From: an uncultured Chloroflexia bacterium
GTDB taxonomy: Bacteria > Chloroflexota > Anaerolineae > CG2-30-64-16
Assembly (NCBI GenBank): GCA_963810095.1
Contig: CAWEMM010000006.1
Location: 1,376,001-1,440,000 of the forward strand
DNA: 64,000 nucleotides
Direction of reading: 5' to 3'
Shown here: one piece after another, positions 32,607 to 43,394 of the stretch
Numbering within the stretch: position 1 is the stretch's first letter
Layout: the number at the start of each line of letters is the position of its first letter
Program-made: the position numbers and the translations under genes
The notes under the pieces: model-generated
Told to the model about the DNA's origin: nothing
The model's input: only the letters and a program-made list of their open reading frames with translations
Database searches by the model: none

Positions 32607-32615
32607 GCGAAACTT

Positions 32616-33392
32616 TCAGTTGATCCCGAGCCCCTGGTCTTTGGGCAGGATGACGATGGGTACCCCTTTGGGGTTCCACTTCGTAAACCAGCCGGCATCG
32701 TCCGGTGTGAGGCGTATGCAACCCTTGGAGGCCGGGTATGTGCCGAGCGCATCCAGGTCCTCATACACCTTCTGGCCGTCGACGAGCTTGTAGGGCGTGC
32801 TGTGAATCAGGATGTGGCCCGCGTCCTCGAACAGGTACCAGCCCTCGTCGGCATAGACGTTCCCGGCTTCGAATGTGCCCCAGTAGTTGCCCACCAGCCC
32901 GTACCAGGCCAGGGTCCGATACCCCCGCGACTCGTCGCCCGTGGAGACGGGCATGACCCGGGTGGTCTGGCCGGGATCCCATACCGTCATCGTCTGGCTG
33001 GCGAGGTCGACGACGATGAAGCGCCGGGACATGTCCATACCATAACGCTCGACAACGTCGATGAGATACGGTGTGAGCGGTTCGGCGGTGACGACGGGCG
33101 CGGGCAACGCAGCGACGGCCGCCGCTGTGGGCTGCGCCGTGGCCGTCGGGATGACGATGGCGAGGTCCACGGTGGCGGGCAGCGGGGTGGCCGTCACGGG
33201 CCGCGGCGTGCGGGTAGGCGTGGCGGTTGCGCCGGGCGCGGCCGCCTGGAGCCTGCCCGGCAAGCGCAGCATGGCGGCGCCGGAGGCGGCCCAGACGACC
33301 CCGGCCAGCCCGATCACGATAACTGAGGCCAGGATCAAGACAAACAGCGTGCGCCGCGATGTGCGCGCAAGAAGGTGGCGGTTGGGTGTCAT
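32616..33392 (-). CDS. L,D-transpeptidase (YkuD) family protein, membrane anchored
   Basis: TM helix, PT linker, IVVDLASQTM, PVSTG, ILIHSTPY...PASKGCIRL. Confidence 0.85.
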   Translation of the reverse strand: MTPNRHLLARTSRRTLFVLILASVIVIGLAGVVWAASGAAMLRLPGRLQAAAPGATATPTRTPRPVTATPLPATVDLAIVIPTATAQPTAAAVAALPAPVVTAEPLTPYLIDVVERYGMDMSRRFIVVDLASQTMTVWDPGQTTRVMPVSTGDESRGYRTLAWYGLVGNYWGTFEAGNVYADEGWYLFEDAGHILIHSTPYKLVDGQKVYEDLDALGTYPASKGCIRLTPDDAGWFTKWNPKGVPIVILPKDQGLGIN

Positions 33393-33490
33393 AGGCAATG
33401 GGGCAACAGCCGTCCCGTCCCAAACTCCCCCGGCTTGGCCGCAAGCACAGCTTGCGCCTTCCGTTGGGGTGTTCGGGGCAGAGCGCCTGT

Positions 33491-34123
33491 CTAGGCTGCT
33501 TTGTGCTGCTCGAAGGCCTGCATGGCGGCTTCGAGTTCTTCCTGGCGGACGGCGACGGTCAAATCGCCGCGGGTGCGTTCGAGGACGCCGCGCAGCATGT
33601 CAGTGGTGCGGCGGAGTCCACCGGTGAGAGCGTCGGGGAAGTCCATCGTGACGAGATGGATGTACACATCGTCCATGACGGCCAGGTAGGGCTCGCCTTC
33701 GCCCGTGCGGCCCAGGCGGATCAGGTCAAGGATGAAGCGGCGTAGCTCGCTGGCGGCCTCGGCCAGGCCGTTGAGGTAGGCGGCCGAAGGCACGTGCAGG
33801 TCAGCGGGGCCGGGCAGGGGCCGCTCGCGCACCATCGCATAGAGGGTGTGGGCTTCGACGAGCTCCTTGAGCGCATCCTGCGTGTATCCGGCCTCGTAAA
33901 GGTCGCGGTAGCGCTGAAGGTCGGCGGACATGACGGCGGCCGCTTGCTGTGCGGTGTTCAGCAAGTTCTCCGCCTCGTCCCACTCGTGGCGGTGGATGGC
34001 GCGGATGCTGAGCGCACAATAGCGGATCAGCTCGCGGCTACGGTTCAGCGTGGTATCGCGCACCGAGTTTTTCGCGGTGAACTCGGCTCGTATGTCTTCG
34101 ATGATCTGTGGCAGTTGTTGCAT
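33491..34123 (-). CDS. Translin/TRAX family protein
   Basis: SRELIRYCALSIRAIHR, ALKELVEA, YLNGLAEAASELRR, GLRRTTDMLRGVLERT. Confidence 0.85.
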   Translation of the reverse strand: MQQLPQIIEDIRAEFTAKNSVRDTTLNRSRELIRYCALSIRAIHRHEWDEAENLLNTAQQAAAVMSADLQRYRDLYEAGYTQDALKELVEAHTLYAMVRERPLPGPADLHVPSAAYLNGLAEAASELRRFILDLIRLGRTGEGEPYLAVMDDVYIHLVTMDFPDALTGGLRRTTDMLRGVLERTRGDLTVAVRQEELEAAMQAFEQHKAA

Positions 34124-34191
34124 AGCTAACGATTATAACGGCAGAACGGGGGTTTCCAAAACGGCCAGCCCCCCGGCCACCAGGTCGGCGC

Positions 34192-34630
34192 TGCTTCATT
34201 ATGTCGTCGGGGGCAGCTTGCCCCCGACACCCAAGGTTAGCTTTGCTTCATTGTGTCGTCGGGGGCAGCTTGCCCCCGACACCCCCGCTCCGGGGCTTCG
34301 CCCCCGGAACCCCCAAAGCCTTTCGACCTGGGTGACTTTCGCCCGAGAATGCTTGCGGCCTGCAGCCGGCGCGGGGGAGCCAGTCACGGGCTTCCGAAGA
34401 CCTTCGTTTTGTGCGGCTCGCGGCATCTACGTCGCCTGCGCCCGAAGACCTGGTTGTTTTTGGGGATGACCGCGCCAAGAGCCGAGCAATTGGGGGTCAA
34501 GGGGGCGAAGCCCCATTGGCGGGGGCAAGCGGCCCCCGCCAATGAGTCGGGTGGCAGGCAGCCCCTCGCCAATGAGTCGGGTGGCAGGCAACCCCTCGCC
34601 AATGAGTCGGGTGGCAGGCAACCCTTTGGG
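34192..34630. repeat. Composite repeat cluster: two 41-bp direct repeats, an inverted pair, and three 30-bp tandem units
   Basis: TGCTTCATT(A/G)TGTCGTCGGGGGCAGCTTGCCCCCGACACCC at 34192 and 34244. CGCCAATGAGTCGGGTGGCAGGCA at 34537, 34567 and 34597. Confidence 0.85.
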
Positions 34631-34827
34631 CGGCGGGGCCAGGGAACGAGCGAGCGGCCGCCTGCGTCGTGGAAGTAACGCCTTTTGGTCGAACCACGTT
34701 GTTATGTTATGATAGCTGACGTTATGCCCTCTGCTCCTAGGGTCGAGGGTCAACACATGGCCGCTGCCACAGTGTCCTGCACGAAACGACTGGCCTGTGT
34801 GCCGTCCACTACGAGGTATACGTCCCG

Positions 34828-35391
34828 ATGCAGTTTCCCCCTGAACTCTTGAATCAGATCGGCGTCGCGCTGGAGCTGATTGTCGCCGGCGTGACGGCGC
34901 TGACTGTCGCGTTTTGGATTGCGCTGGTGGTCTGGGTGCTTCGCGATATCCGCCTGCGCACCCGTGATATTTTCGCCTGGATCCTGGCGGCCGTGCTCGC
35001 GCTTGTGCTGGGCCCGATTGGTGTGATCCTGTACCTGTTCCTCCGGCCCAAGGAAACGCTGGCCGAGGTGTATGACCGGCAGTTGGAGGAGGAAGCCCTG
35101 CTGCGCGACATCTCGCTGCGCCGGGCGTGCCCGGGGTGCCAGGCGGTAACCGAGCCCGAGTGGCTGGTGTGCCCGCACTGCCGGACCGAGTTGCGGCGGC
35201 TGTGCGAGTCTTGCGGCCGGCCACAGGACCTGAACTGGGTCATCTGCCCCTACTGCTGCGCGGCGCCTACCATGCAGGGCTCCAGCCAGCCGGCAGTGAT
35301 CGCGGCGGCGGGCAGTGCCGGAGCGCCGGTTGCCGTTGCAAGCAAGCCTGAGCCGGCGCCTGCCGGCGATGCCTGGGGTGCGCAGGGCTAA
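34828..35391 (+). CDS. Membrane protein with double zinc ribbon
   Basis: TM helices, LYLFLRPKETL, CPGC..CPHC..CESC..CPYC. Confidence 0.85.
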   Translation: MQFPPELLNQIGVALELIVAGVTALTVAFWIALVVWVLRDIRLRTRDIFAWILAAVLALVLGPIGVILYLFLRPKETLAEVYDRQLEEEALLRDISLRRACPGCQAVTEPEWLVCPHCRTELRRLCESCGRPQDLNWVICPYCCAAPTMQGSSQPAVIAAAGSAGAPVAVASKPEPAPAGDAWGAQG

Positions 35392-35397
35392 CGCAGC

Positions 35398-35434
35398 CCA
35401 GACCCTCGGGGTTCGCGAAACCCCGAGGGTCTGG
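35398..35434. terminator. Bidirectional hairpin terminator / REP-like
   Basis: CCAGACCCTCGGGGTT-CGCGA-AACCCCGAGGGTCTGG between convergent stops. Confidence 0.7.
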
Positions 35435-35440
35435 TTATTT

Positions 35441-36760
35441 CTACCCGAACGCCCGCCCCCCCGCGACACGGGCTGCCAGCGCCGCGGCAACCTCTTCGAC
35501 CGTCCCCGTGATGCGCTGCACTGTGCCGCCGGCCTCGGTCAGCTGTTTCTCCGTATCGAGACTCACGTCCTCGTCCGCGCCGACGATCGTCACGCTGGCG
35601 GCCGACTGCGCCTCTGCGACGCTGAAGCCGAAGGTGGCCTTGAAAGCCAGGATGTAATCCAGGGCAAGCAGCAGCGACGCACGCGTGCGGGGCTTGTCGT
35701 AGGGGCCGAACAGGACGTAATGCTCGATCACCCGGCCCTGGGCAGGCGCGACGAGATCTGCCGTTGCGGCGTTGACGCCGTTCACGTTCAGCACCTCTGA
35801 CGCGACCTGCGTTCCTTGCAGGGCCACCCGGTACGCGCCCGCCTCGAGCCCCGTGAACTTGTAGGTCTCCTCCGCGGTGATCGCCTGCGTCGCAGTCTCC
35901 AGCGTGCCCTTTAGCAGGTAAACAGTGCGCCCCGCGCCCCCGCGCACCTTCCCCGAAATGACGCTCTGGCGCAGCACGAGCGTGAGCTCGAGCATCACCT
36001 GGTCGCGGCCATTCACCCGGGTCACGGCCGACTTGTAGTCGGTACCCTCGACCGCCACCACGTAATCTCCCGCGCCGAGGTTCGGGAAGCGGAATGTCTC
36101 GTCGGCGGCCAGCGACTTGCGCCCCGCTTCCTGCCCATTCTTAAGCAGGAGCGCGGTGCGACCCGACCCGCCGTGGATCACGCCGTAAATGACGCTGTCG
36201 GTGTAGATCTGCTCGGCCGCCTGTGCCTTCACGAATGTCAGGTGGAACGAGTGGTGGAACAATGTGTTCCCCGGCGCCTCGTCGGGGTGCCCGGTGTGCA
36301 GCCCGATGATGCGGTCGGACAGTAGTTCCTGGCCCGGCATGCCCAGGCACTCTGCCGCGCATACCTGCCATTTCCACATGGGGAAGTTGGTGCCCGCTTC
36401 GTTGGCCGGCTTGTCGATCGTGACGATCTGCTCGCCGCCATCCCACGTCACCCGCAGCTTCGCGCCGTCCAGGCGTTTGCCGTATTGTCCCGTCCCCGCA
36501 ATTCCATCGTAGACGTCCATGTATATATGGTGATTGCCGCCGTTTTCCGCGGGCGTTAAGTGATGGACGTGCACGGCTTGCCAGTAGACGGTCCCGGCAG
36601 GCAGGGTCGCAGGCTGGATTTGCACGCCATAGCCGGTCGCGTCGTTGACCACTTCGCGCGGCCCCGCGATCACATTCACCCCGACGGCTTCTTTTTCTTC
36701 CGCCTGTCCCTCGCGACGCAGCAGCCGGTCCAGCAGGTTGCCCCCCTTATTCGTCGTCAT
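35441..36760 (-). CDS. Carboxypeptidase-regulatory-like (Cna-B/prealbumin-fold) repeat protein with CWB2-like C-terminal domain
   Basis: ENGGNHHIY, NFPMWK, repeats FRFPNLGAGDY / YKFTGLEAGAY, C-terminal HYVLFG...VTIVG...VQRITG. Confidence 0.75.
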   Translation of the reverse strand: MTTNKGGNLLDRLLRREGQAEEKEAVGVNVIAGPREVVNDATGYGVQIQPATLPAGTVYWQAVHVHHLTPAENGGNHHIYMDVYDGIAGTGQYGKRLDGAKLRVTWDGGEQIVTIDKPANEAGTNFPMWKWQVCAAECLGMPGQELLSDRIIGLHTGHPDEAPGNTLFHHSFHLTFVKAQAAEQIYTDSVIYGVIHGGSGRTALLLKNGQEAGRKSLAADETFRFPNLGAGDYVVAVEGTDYKSAVTRVNGRDQVMLELTLVLRQSVISGKVRGGAGRTVYLLKGTLETATQAITAEETYKFTGLEAGAYRVALQGTQVASEVLNVNGVNAATADLVAPAQGRVIEHYVLFGPYDKPRTRASLLLALDYILAFKATFGFSVAEAQSAASVTIVGADEDVSLDTEKQLTEAGGTVQRITGTVEEVAAALAARVAGGRAFG

Positions 36761-36763
36761 CGC

Positions 36764-39700
36764 TCAACCCTCCGCGAAAAGATGCGCGAGCGCGTTTGCC
36801 AGTGTATAGCCGTCACCGTTCACCCGGGCCACCTGGCAGCCGGCGGCAGTGAGCGTGCTTTCGGCGCTGGCCGGCACCCGGTCGCCCACAATGGTCACCC
36901 GGGTCGCGGACTTCGCCTCCTCGAGGCCGAATCCGCCTGCAACGTCGCCGGCGAAGTAGTGGGCTGCAAGCCCGAGCAGGAGCCGAGCCTCCGCGCTGCC
37001 CGGCTGGCCCGCGGCCGGAGGCGGTGCGAACAAGACATAATGTGCTAACACTTTCGGTGGTCCGCCCGGCACCGTCACATCGCGGACGACCGTCGCATCG
37101 TCGCTGACGACGACGTCGCGAGCGATGGGTTCGCCGTCACCCACAGAGATCGCGTAGCTTCCGGCCCCCAGCCCGGCGAACCGGAAAACGCCCTTGGCGT
37201 CCGACTCGACGCGCTGGACTTCGGCCGTGCCCTTGAGCAGGCGAACGAGGGTGTAGGGACGGGGGGTGCCGTTTGCATTGAGGACGCGACCCTGTAGCAC
37301 GCCGGCGGGGCCTTGACTCGGCCAAAGCACGTCGGCCACGGCCTCCCGCTCGCCGTCCAGCATGACGTTGCTTGCCACGACGCCCAGACCGGCGACTTCC
37401 ACGTTGTACCGGCCCGCGGGGAGGTTGGCGAAGCGATAAGTGCCGTCCGCTGCCGTCTTCGTCTCCGCGATCGTCACGGTTTCGCGCTTCAGGGTCACCA
37501 CCCGGTCCGGCTTCGGCTGCCCGGCCGCGTCGGCCACCCGGCCCCGGATCACGCTGCGGCGGCCGGCGGACAGGTCGACGGGGACGAGCGGAAGCGAGTT
37601 CTCGCCGGTCAGCGCGAGGTCGGCGAGTACCTGGCCGCCCACCTCCAGCCGGTACCGGCCGGCGGGCAGGTTCTCGAAGGCGAAGTTGCCGTCGGGCGAG
37701 AGCGGGGTTTGCCGCGTCCAGCCCCAGGCTGCGGGCGCATAAAGCACGGCCACCAGGCCCTCGGGCGGTCCGATGACCTTGCCGGTCAGCTTGCTGCGCA
37801 GGGCCAGCAGAACCTTGAACAGGTCTCCGGACGCGATGACGATGTCACGGGCAATCAAGCCACGCCCTCCAGCGAGACCTGGTAGGCGCCGGGAGCAGCG
37901 TTCGCAAACGCGAACGCGCCGTTCGCAGCCAGCACGGTCTGACGGGCGGGTGCGGTGTTACCCGAACCGGGCAGCGGCTCCAACGTCACCTTCTTGCCCG
38001 CCTGGCCGCCATTGATGACGCCGTCCACCTGGCTGGGGCCGCCGACCGGCTGAAGCCGGAAGTTGACCTCGTACGTGACGGCCTGGCCCTCGCGGCCGGG
38101 CACGTTTGCGGTCTCCAGCCCTTCGGCTGCATCGCCCGGCCAGTCGCCCTGGACGATCCTGATGGCGAACGTGCCGGGCGTATGGACAAACTCGAAGTAA
38201 CCGGCCGGCTTGAACGGATCGCTGCCGGTGACCTTGACGGGGAAATTGGTGTCGGGCGAGGCGCCGCTCCACGACATCTGCACCTTGATCCCGTTCAGCG
38301 GCGCGCCCAGCGCGTCGCTTACCAGGCCGTAGAAGACGCGGCGGTTGTTGGTTTCTTCTGCCGGCAGCAGTCGCTTCTGGCCGACGGCATATTTGTAGCC
38401 CGGCGCGACGCCCGTGGTGAGCTTCAAGCTCTTGGACTGCCAGCCGTCCAGCGCGATGCCGTCGATCGTGATGCCGGGGATCGACAGCCGGTAGCTGCCC
38501 AGGGTGAGTTTTTCGAACCGGAATGCGCCGTCTGCCGCGCTCGTAACCTGGCCGAAGGGTTGGCCGTCGCGCTTCAGCGTGACGGTGATGCCCGTCACGG
38601 CAGCACCACTTGCATTCTGCACGGCCCCGGAAAGGACGCTCGAGCGGCCGCCTGTAAGCCGGATCACGACCGGCTGGCCCCCACCTTCGACCGCATTGAC
38701 GCCCTTGCGAACGACGCCGTAACCGTCGATGGCGATGTCGTACACGCCGGCGGCCAGAGTCGCGAAGCTGAACGCGCCATCGGCGGCTGTCTGTGCCTTG
38801 CCGACCTGTATCGCTCCGCTCAACAACTCGACGGCAAGGCCCGCGAGCGGCTCGCCGGTATCCGAGCGCAAAACCTTGCCGTTGATGGCACCCTTGCCCT
38901 GGCTTCCGCTGCCCACGTCCACAGTGGGGATCGCCTTGAGGGCCGCTACGGCGGGCACTTCCCCTTGAATGCCAAACTCGTTGCTCCACCAGTCAGAGTA
39001 CCACGACTGGCTTTCCCAGCCGGGGGCCAGGTAGCCGAGACGGTAGTTCGCGATCAGCCAGTGGCACATGGCGAAGTAGTTGCCCGGACAGTTCTCACCG
39101 TGAATCGGGCGGGTGCCCTGCATGTACTCGGTGATGCCTGACGCCCGGTCCCGGTGCAGGTTGGGCGTGACCCGGGGATACCGGCGGTCTTCCTTCCAGC
39201 CGATAACCGGGCCGCCTTCTGTGCTGATGATCGGCACGGCGAAGCCGAGGGCGGCCCGGGCCTGCTGGTCGGCCAACTGGAAGCCCAGGAAGCAGGAGGG
39301 ATCGTCGGCGATGGTGTCGCCGGGATTCTTGTCGGAGGCACGCCACTGGTTGATCTGATCGCGCGGCACGTTCTCCCACGCCCAGGGCCCGAGCGCGTCG
39401 TATTCCTCCTGGCTGACGGGCTGGCCTTCCTGATTGACCGGATCGTACGGATAGTCGAGCGGGTGGTTAATCAGGTAGTTGTGGACGGCGATCCACGCAC
39501 CCTTCTCAAACAGATCGGCGCGACCGCGCTTGACGACCCGGTCGACGAGGTTCGTCTTGTTGCCCACGGCCAAGGCCGGCAGCGCGGGGAGCCCGCCCAG
39601 GCCGATGACCTTGTCCGCGTCGACGATAAAATTGTCGACGACGATGTCGAGCCAGTTCGAAGGCACCTGGTTGCCCTTCCACTCGACACCCAGGTCGGGC

Positions 39701-40023
39701 TCGTTGTTGGTTTCGAAGTAGCGCGCGCCCGCAGCCACCAGGCGGCGGATCGTGTCTTCTTCGCGGCCGCCGATGGCGCCGGGGTTTGGCTCCATGCGGT
39801 ACAGGCGCACGACGGGCATGATGTCGATGGCGAGGAGGCGCTGCACCAACTCGAGGGAGGAGCCGCCGCTGTCGTCGAGCACCTTGACCCACTTGATCTT
39901 CATGGCTTGCAGCTCGGCGAGCCAGAAGTCGAGCGCGGAGCCGACGGGGTGATAGACCGAGGCGGACCAGTGGATGCCGCGGCGATTGTCGCCCTTGGGC
40001 CGGGGGAACTCGTCAATGCGCAT
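36764..40023 (-). CDS. Large protein: N-terminal GH-like TIM barrel, multiple carboxypeptidase-regulatory-like repeats and CWB2-like C-terminus; probably one gene split near 37859
   Basis: RGIHW, KWVKVL, YFETNNEPD, AVHNY, ISTEGG. YQVSLEGV(G)LIARDIV matches sibling repeats (YNVEVAGLGVVASNV) if one G is restored. Confidence 0.75.
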
Positions 40024-40214
40024 GAAGCCCTCCGATACAATGAACGTCGGGGTAGCGGTCCGGCTGCCATTCGTGAGCCTGGACCGGGAAAGACTTGCAG
40101 ATCAAGCCGAGTATAGCACAGGCCACCAGGAAAAGCAAGTATGTTTTTCTGGATGATGACGCCGGGTTGCCGTTCCTGCGGGTTCGTGGCATGATGCGGG
40201 CTCGGGAGAGAGCC

Positions 40215-42035
40215 ATGCGAGCCGTCATCCTTCTTCTCACGGCAGTTCTGTTCGCCCCCTGGTTTCCCGCTCCACAGTCTCCGGGGATCGCGCTGACCAT
40301 CTCACAAATCCAGGGCCCCGGCGCAACGTCGCCGTTCGCCGGGCAGGCGCTCGCGCGGCCGCTCCGCGGGTGCGTGACGGGCGTCACGGCAGAAGGCTTT
40401 TTCCTTCAAGACCCAAAGGGGGACGGCGATCCGGCGACGTCTGACGGCATCTACGTTTACCGCTACAGCTCGTGGAAGAACCCGCGGGAACTGAAGCCGG
40501 GCGACCTGGTCGAGCTGTCGAAGTACAAGGTCGCCGAGTTTTACGGCCAGACCGAGCTAACGGGGCTGCCGAACGATAAGAATGCGGCTTACCGGGTGGT
40601 GGGCAAGTGCCCGCTGCCGGCACCCGTGCCCATTGTACCCCCGATCCCCATGAACAAGCCGCCGTCCGAGCAGTACGAGCCGCTCGAGGGCCAGCGCATC
40701 ACGATCGACTTTGACGCTTCGGTTGTCGGGCCCACCCAGCGCTACGAATCGCGATTTCCCGCCGGCGATCCTGAGATCACGCTTGCGCCCTTGGGCAGCC
40801 CTTTGTGGAACCGGCGCATCCCGGCCACGCTGCTGCCGGTCGACACCGGGACGATCGCGCTTACAGGGGGTCTCGGCGTCGACCTGCCCGCAGTAAACAC
40901 CTTCGACCACGTGGCGGCCGCCGGCCTGACCGCGATCCTCGCCTACCAGTTCGGGCGCTATGTGTTCCTCGTCGAGAACCCCACGGCGTTGCGCGTGACC
41001 CCCGGCGAGTTGAGCCCCGCATCGGTCCCGCCCGCCGGCCCGGATGAGTGGACCGCCTGCACGTTCAACGCGGAGAACCTGTTCGACGCGGTGGACGACC
41101 ACGACGGCGACATGGGGACCTGGGCGCCGGCCACCGGCGCGATCTACCGGGCCAACGTGGCGGGGCGGGCTGCGCTGATCCGTGAGCGGCTGGCCGGCTG
41201 CACGGTGCTGGCGGTGCAGGAGGTCGAGGGCAAGGACGCCGTGTGGGCCGACCTGGCCGCCGCGCTCGGTCCGAGCTACCGTTTCGATTACCGGGAGAGC
41301 GCCGACGTCCGGGACATTACTGTGGGGCTGATCTACGACGGGGCGCGCGTCGAGCTGCGGCGGGGTGTTGGGGTACAGGCCTGCAGCGCGGTGGATTACG
41401 GGGTCGACTATGGGGCGGCGCGGGGACCGCGGAGCGATCTCGAACCGTGTCCCGGGGGATCGTATCCGCTCTACGACCGCGCGCCGTATATGGCCGACGT
41501 CGTCGTTTCGAGCGCGGGGCAAGACCGCCGGACGGAGATCCGGCTGATCGTCGTGCATCTCAAGTCGAAGCGGGGCGACGAGGAAGCCAACGCAGCCCGC
41601 CGGGCGCAGCAGGCGCGGCATGTCTCGACCCTGCTGGCCGAGGCGAGGTCGCAGGCGCCGCTGGCCATCGCGCTGGGCGACTTCAACGACGACCTGGGCT
41701 CGGCGCCCATCGGCGAGCTGCGGGACTTTGTCAACCTGTACGAGCGGCATGTCGGCCCGGCCGACCGGTACAGCTACATCTACAACGGCCGCACGCAAGC
41801 GATGGACTACGTCATCATGACGCAGCCCCTGGACGCGTACTACCTGAGCGGCGGCCCGGTGCATGTGAACGCCGACTACGCGGAACCCCTGCCGGGCACG
41901 AGCGGGCGCACGTCCGATCATGACCCGCTGGTCGTCCGCTTCCGGTTCGAGCCAACGGGGATCAGTGCGGCGTTACTGGGCGCGGCCGGAGGGGTGCTCG
42001 GCGCGGGCTACCACCAGCCGATCTTCTTGAAGTAG
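40215..42035 (+). CDS. Extracellular EEP-family nuclease (ExeM/NucH-like) with OB-fold
   Basis: Signal peptide, TISQIQGPG, GFFLQD..DGDPATSDGIYV, FNAENLFD, VQEVE, HLKSK, LGDFND, SDHDP. Confidence 0.9.
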   Translation: MRAVILLLTAVLFAPWFPAPQSPGIALTISQIQGPGATSPFAGQALARPLRGCVTGVTAEGFFLQDPKGDGDPATSDGIYVYRYSSWKNPRELKPGDLVELSKYKVAEFYGQTELTGLPNDKNAAYRVVGKCPLPAPVPIVPPIPMNKPPSEQYEPLEGQRITIDFDASVVGPTQRYESRFPAGDPEITLAPLGSPLWNRRIPATLLPVDTGTIALTGGLGVDLPAVNTFDHVAAAGLTAILAYQFGRYVFLVENPTALRVTPGELSPASVPPAGPDEWTACTFNAENLFDAVDDHDGDMGTWAPATGAIYRANVAGRAALIRERLAGCTVLAVQEVEGKDAVWADLAAALGPSYRFDYRESADVRDITVGLIYDGARVELRRGVGVQACSAVDYGVDYGAARGPRSDLEPCPGGSYPLYDRAPYMADVVVSSAGQDRRTEIRLIVVHLKSKRGDEEANAARRAQQARHVSTLLAEARSQAPLAIALGDFNDDLGSAPIGELRDFVNLYERHVGPADRYSYIYNGRTQAMDYVIMTQPLDAYYLSGGPVHVNADYAEPLPGTSGRTSDHDPLVVRFRFEPTGISAALLGAAGGVLGAGYHQPIFLK

Positions 42036-43055
42036 GTTGCCAGGCCGCCGCCGACGGCAAGGATGAGGAAGAGGGCCCAGAGGCTGCCGATGCCCCAGCG
42101 CAGCTCGGGCATGTTGGCGAAGTTCATGCCGTAGAAGCCCGTGACCAGGCTGGCGGCCATCAGGATGATGGATGCAATGGTCAGCACCTTGACGATCTGG
42201 TTCAGGTGGTTCGACTGGAGCGACAGGTAGGAATCCGAGCGCGCTGGACAACAGATCGCGATAAGTGTCGATGTTGTCGGTCACGCGCACGATGTGGTCG
42301 TACACGTCCTGCATGTAGGCCACGTCCTCGGGTGTGAAGATGGGCAGCTCGCGGCGCAGCAGCACGTTCAGCACGTCGCGCTCGGGGGCAACGATCCGGC
42401 GCATGGAGAGCAGGTCCTTCTTCAAGCCGAAGATGCTCTGAATTGCGGCCTCGTTGAAGCGCTCGAAGATCGTGTCTTCCAGTTCCTCCACCCGGTCGGC
42501 GACGTGGTCCATGAGCGGGAAGTAGTCGTCCACGATTGCGTCGAGAAACGAGTGGACGAGCGCGCCGACGCTGCTGCCAAGGGGGCTGTCGGGCGCCTTC
42601 CAGCGGGCGAGCGTAGCCTGCACAGTGTGGGTTGGTCCCTGGTGCACGGTGACCAGGTAGTTTGGGCCCACGAACATGTTAATGGCTTCGGCCGTCACGT
42701 GGCCGTGCTGCGGGTCGAACTCAGCCTCGTAGAAAACGATGAAATAGTAGGCCTGGCGGCCCGGTTGTTCGTTGTTAGCGGGCTGGGCGATCTGCTCGTC
42801 GTCGGGGGCCAGCGGGTGCCGCAAGACCGCGTGCTGGTAGGCGTCCACCTTGGGCCGCTCGTGCGTCCGGGTGGCGTCCTCGACGGCGAGGGGATGGAAC
42901 CCGAACTCCTCGCGCAGCAGGTGGATGTCCTGCTCGTTCGGCGCCTCGATGTCGAGCCAGACTACGTTCTCGCCCGACTCCAGCACGTCGCTGATGTCCT
43001 CTGGCGCAATGTCGCTGGAGAAGGTGCGGTCCCGGCAAACGGTCAGCGTCCTCAT
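42008..43055 (-). CDS. corA: Magnesium/cobalt transporter CorA, frameshift near 42235
   Basis: VWLDI, FGFHPLAVED, ERPKVD, DAIVDDYFP, DVYDH. Shifted frame gives GFYGMNFANMPEL...FKKIGWW*. Confidence 0.92.
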
Positions 43056-43148
43056 GCTTCGTTCCTCTTGTCAAGTATCTATCCCGCGTGCTCTGGCTCG
43101 GTCGGAGACCAGCCAGAGCGAGCGTCCCATTTCAGATCGGGCCTGATT

Positions 43149-43249
43149 TGAAATGGGACGCCGATGCAACTGATTGAACTGATGTACACCGTCCTTTGGG
43201 TAAGAATCGTGATAATCAGTCCGATCCGTTCAATCAGTGTCCCATTTCA
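43149..43249. repeat. ~100-bp palindromic MITE-like element, copy 2 (inverted relative to copy 1)
   Basis: TGAAATGGGAC...GTCCCATTTCA. Its reverse complement aligns with 527-626. An extra terminus GCGTCCCATTTCA lies at 43122. Confidence 0.85.
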
Positions 43250-43394
43250 TCCCTCGTTGTCCAACAGCGCCGGGTGAAGGTCTTAACTGCTTCCGGGGTG
43301 ACACCGGCGCCCGAGACCTCGGAGCTCGGCCAGGCTTGGAAAGGTGTAACCGGCTTTGACCCGCTTACTGACATAAACTATACTGCGCTTTCGC

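Noticed and set aside
34192-34630. Possible CRISPR array
   Set aside because: The 41-bp repeats are only two, with an 11-nt gap. The 30-bp units are directly tandem without unique spacers. No cas genes are present in the window.
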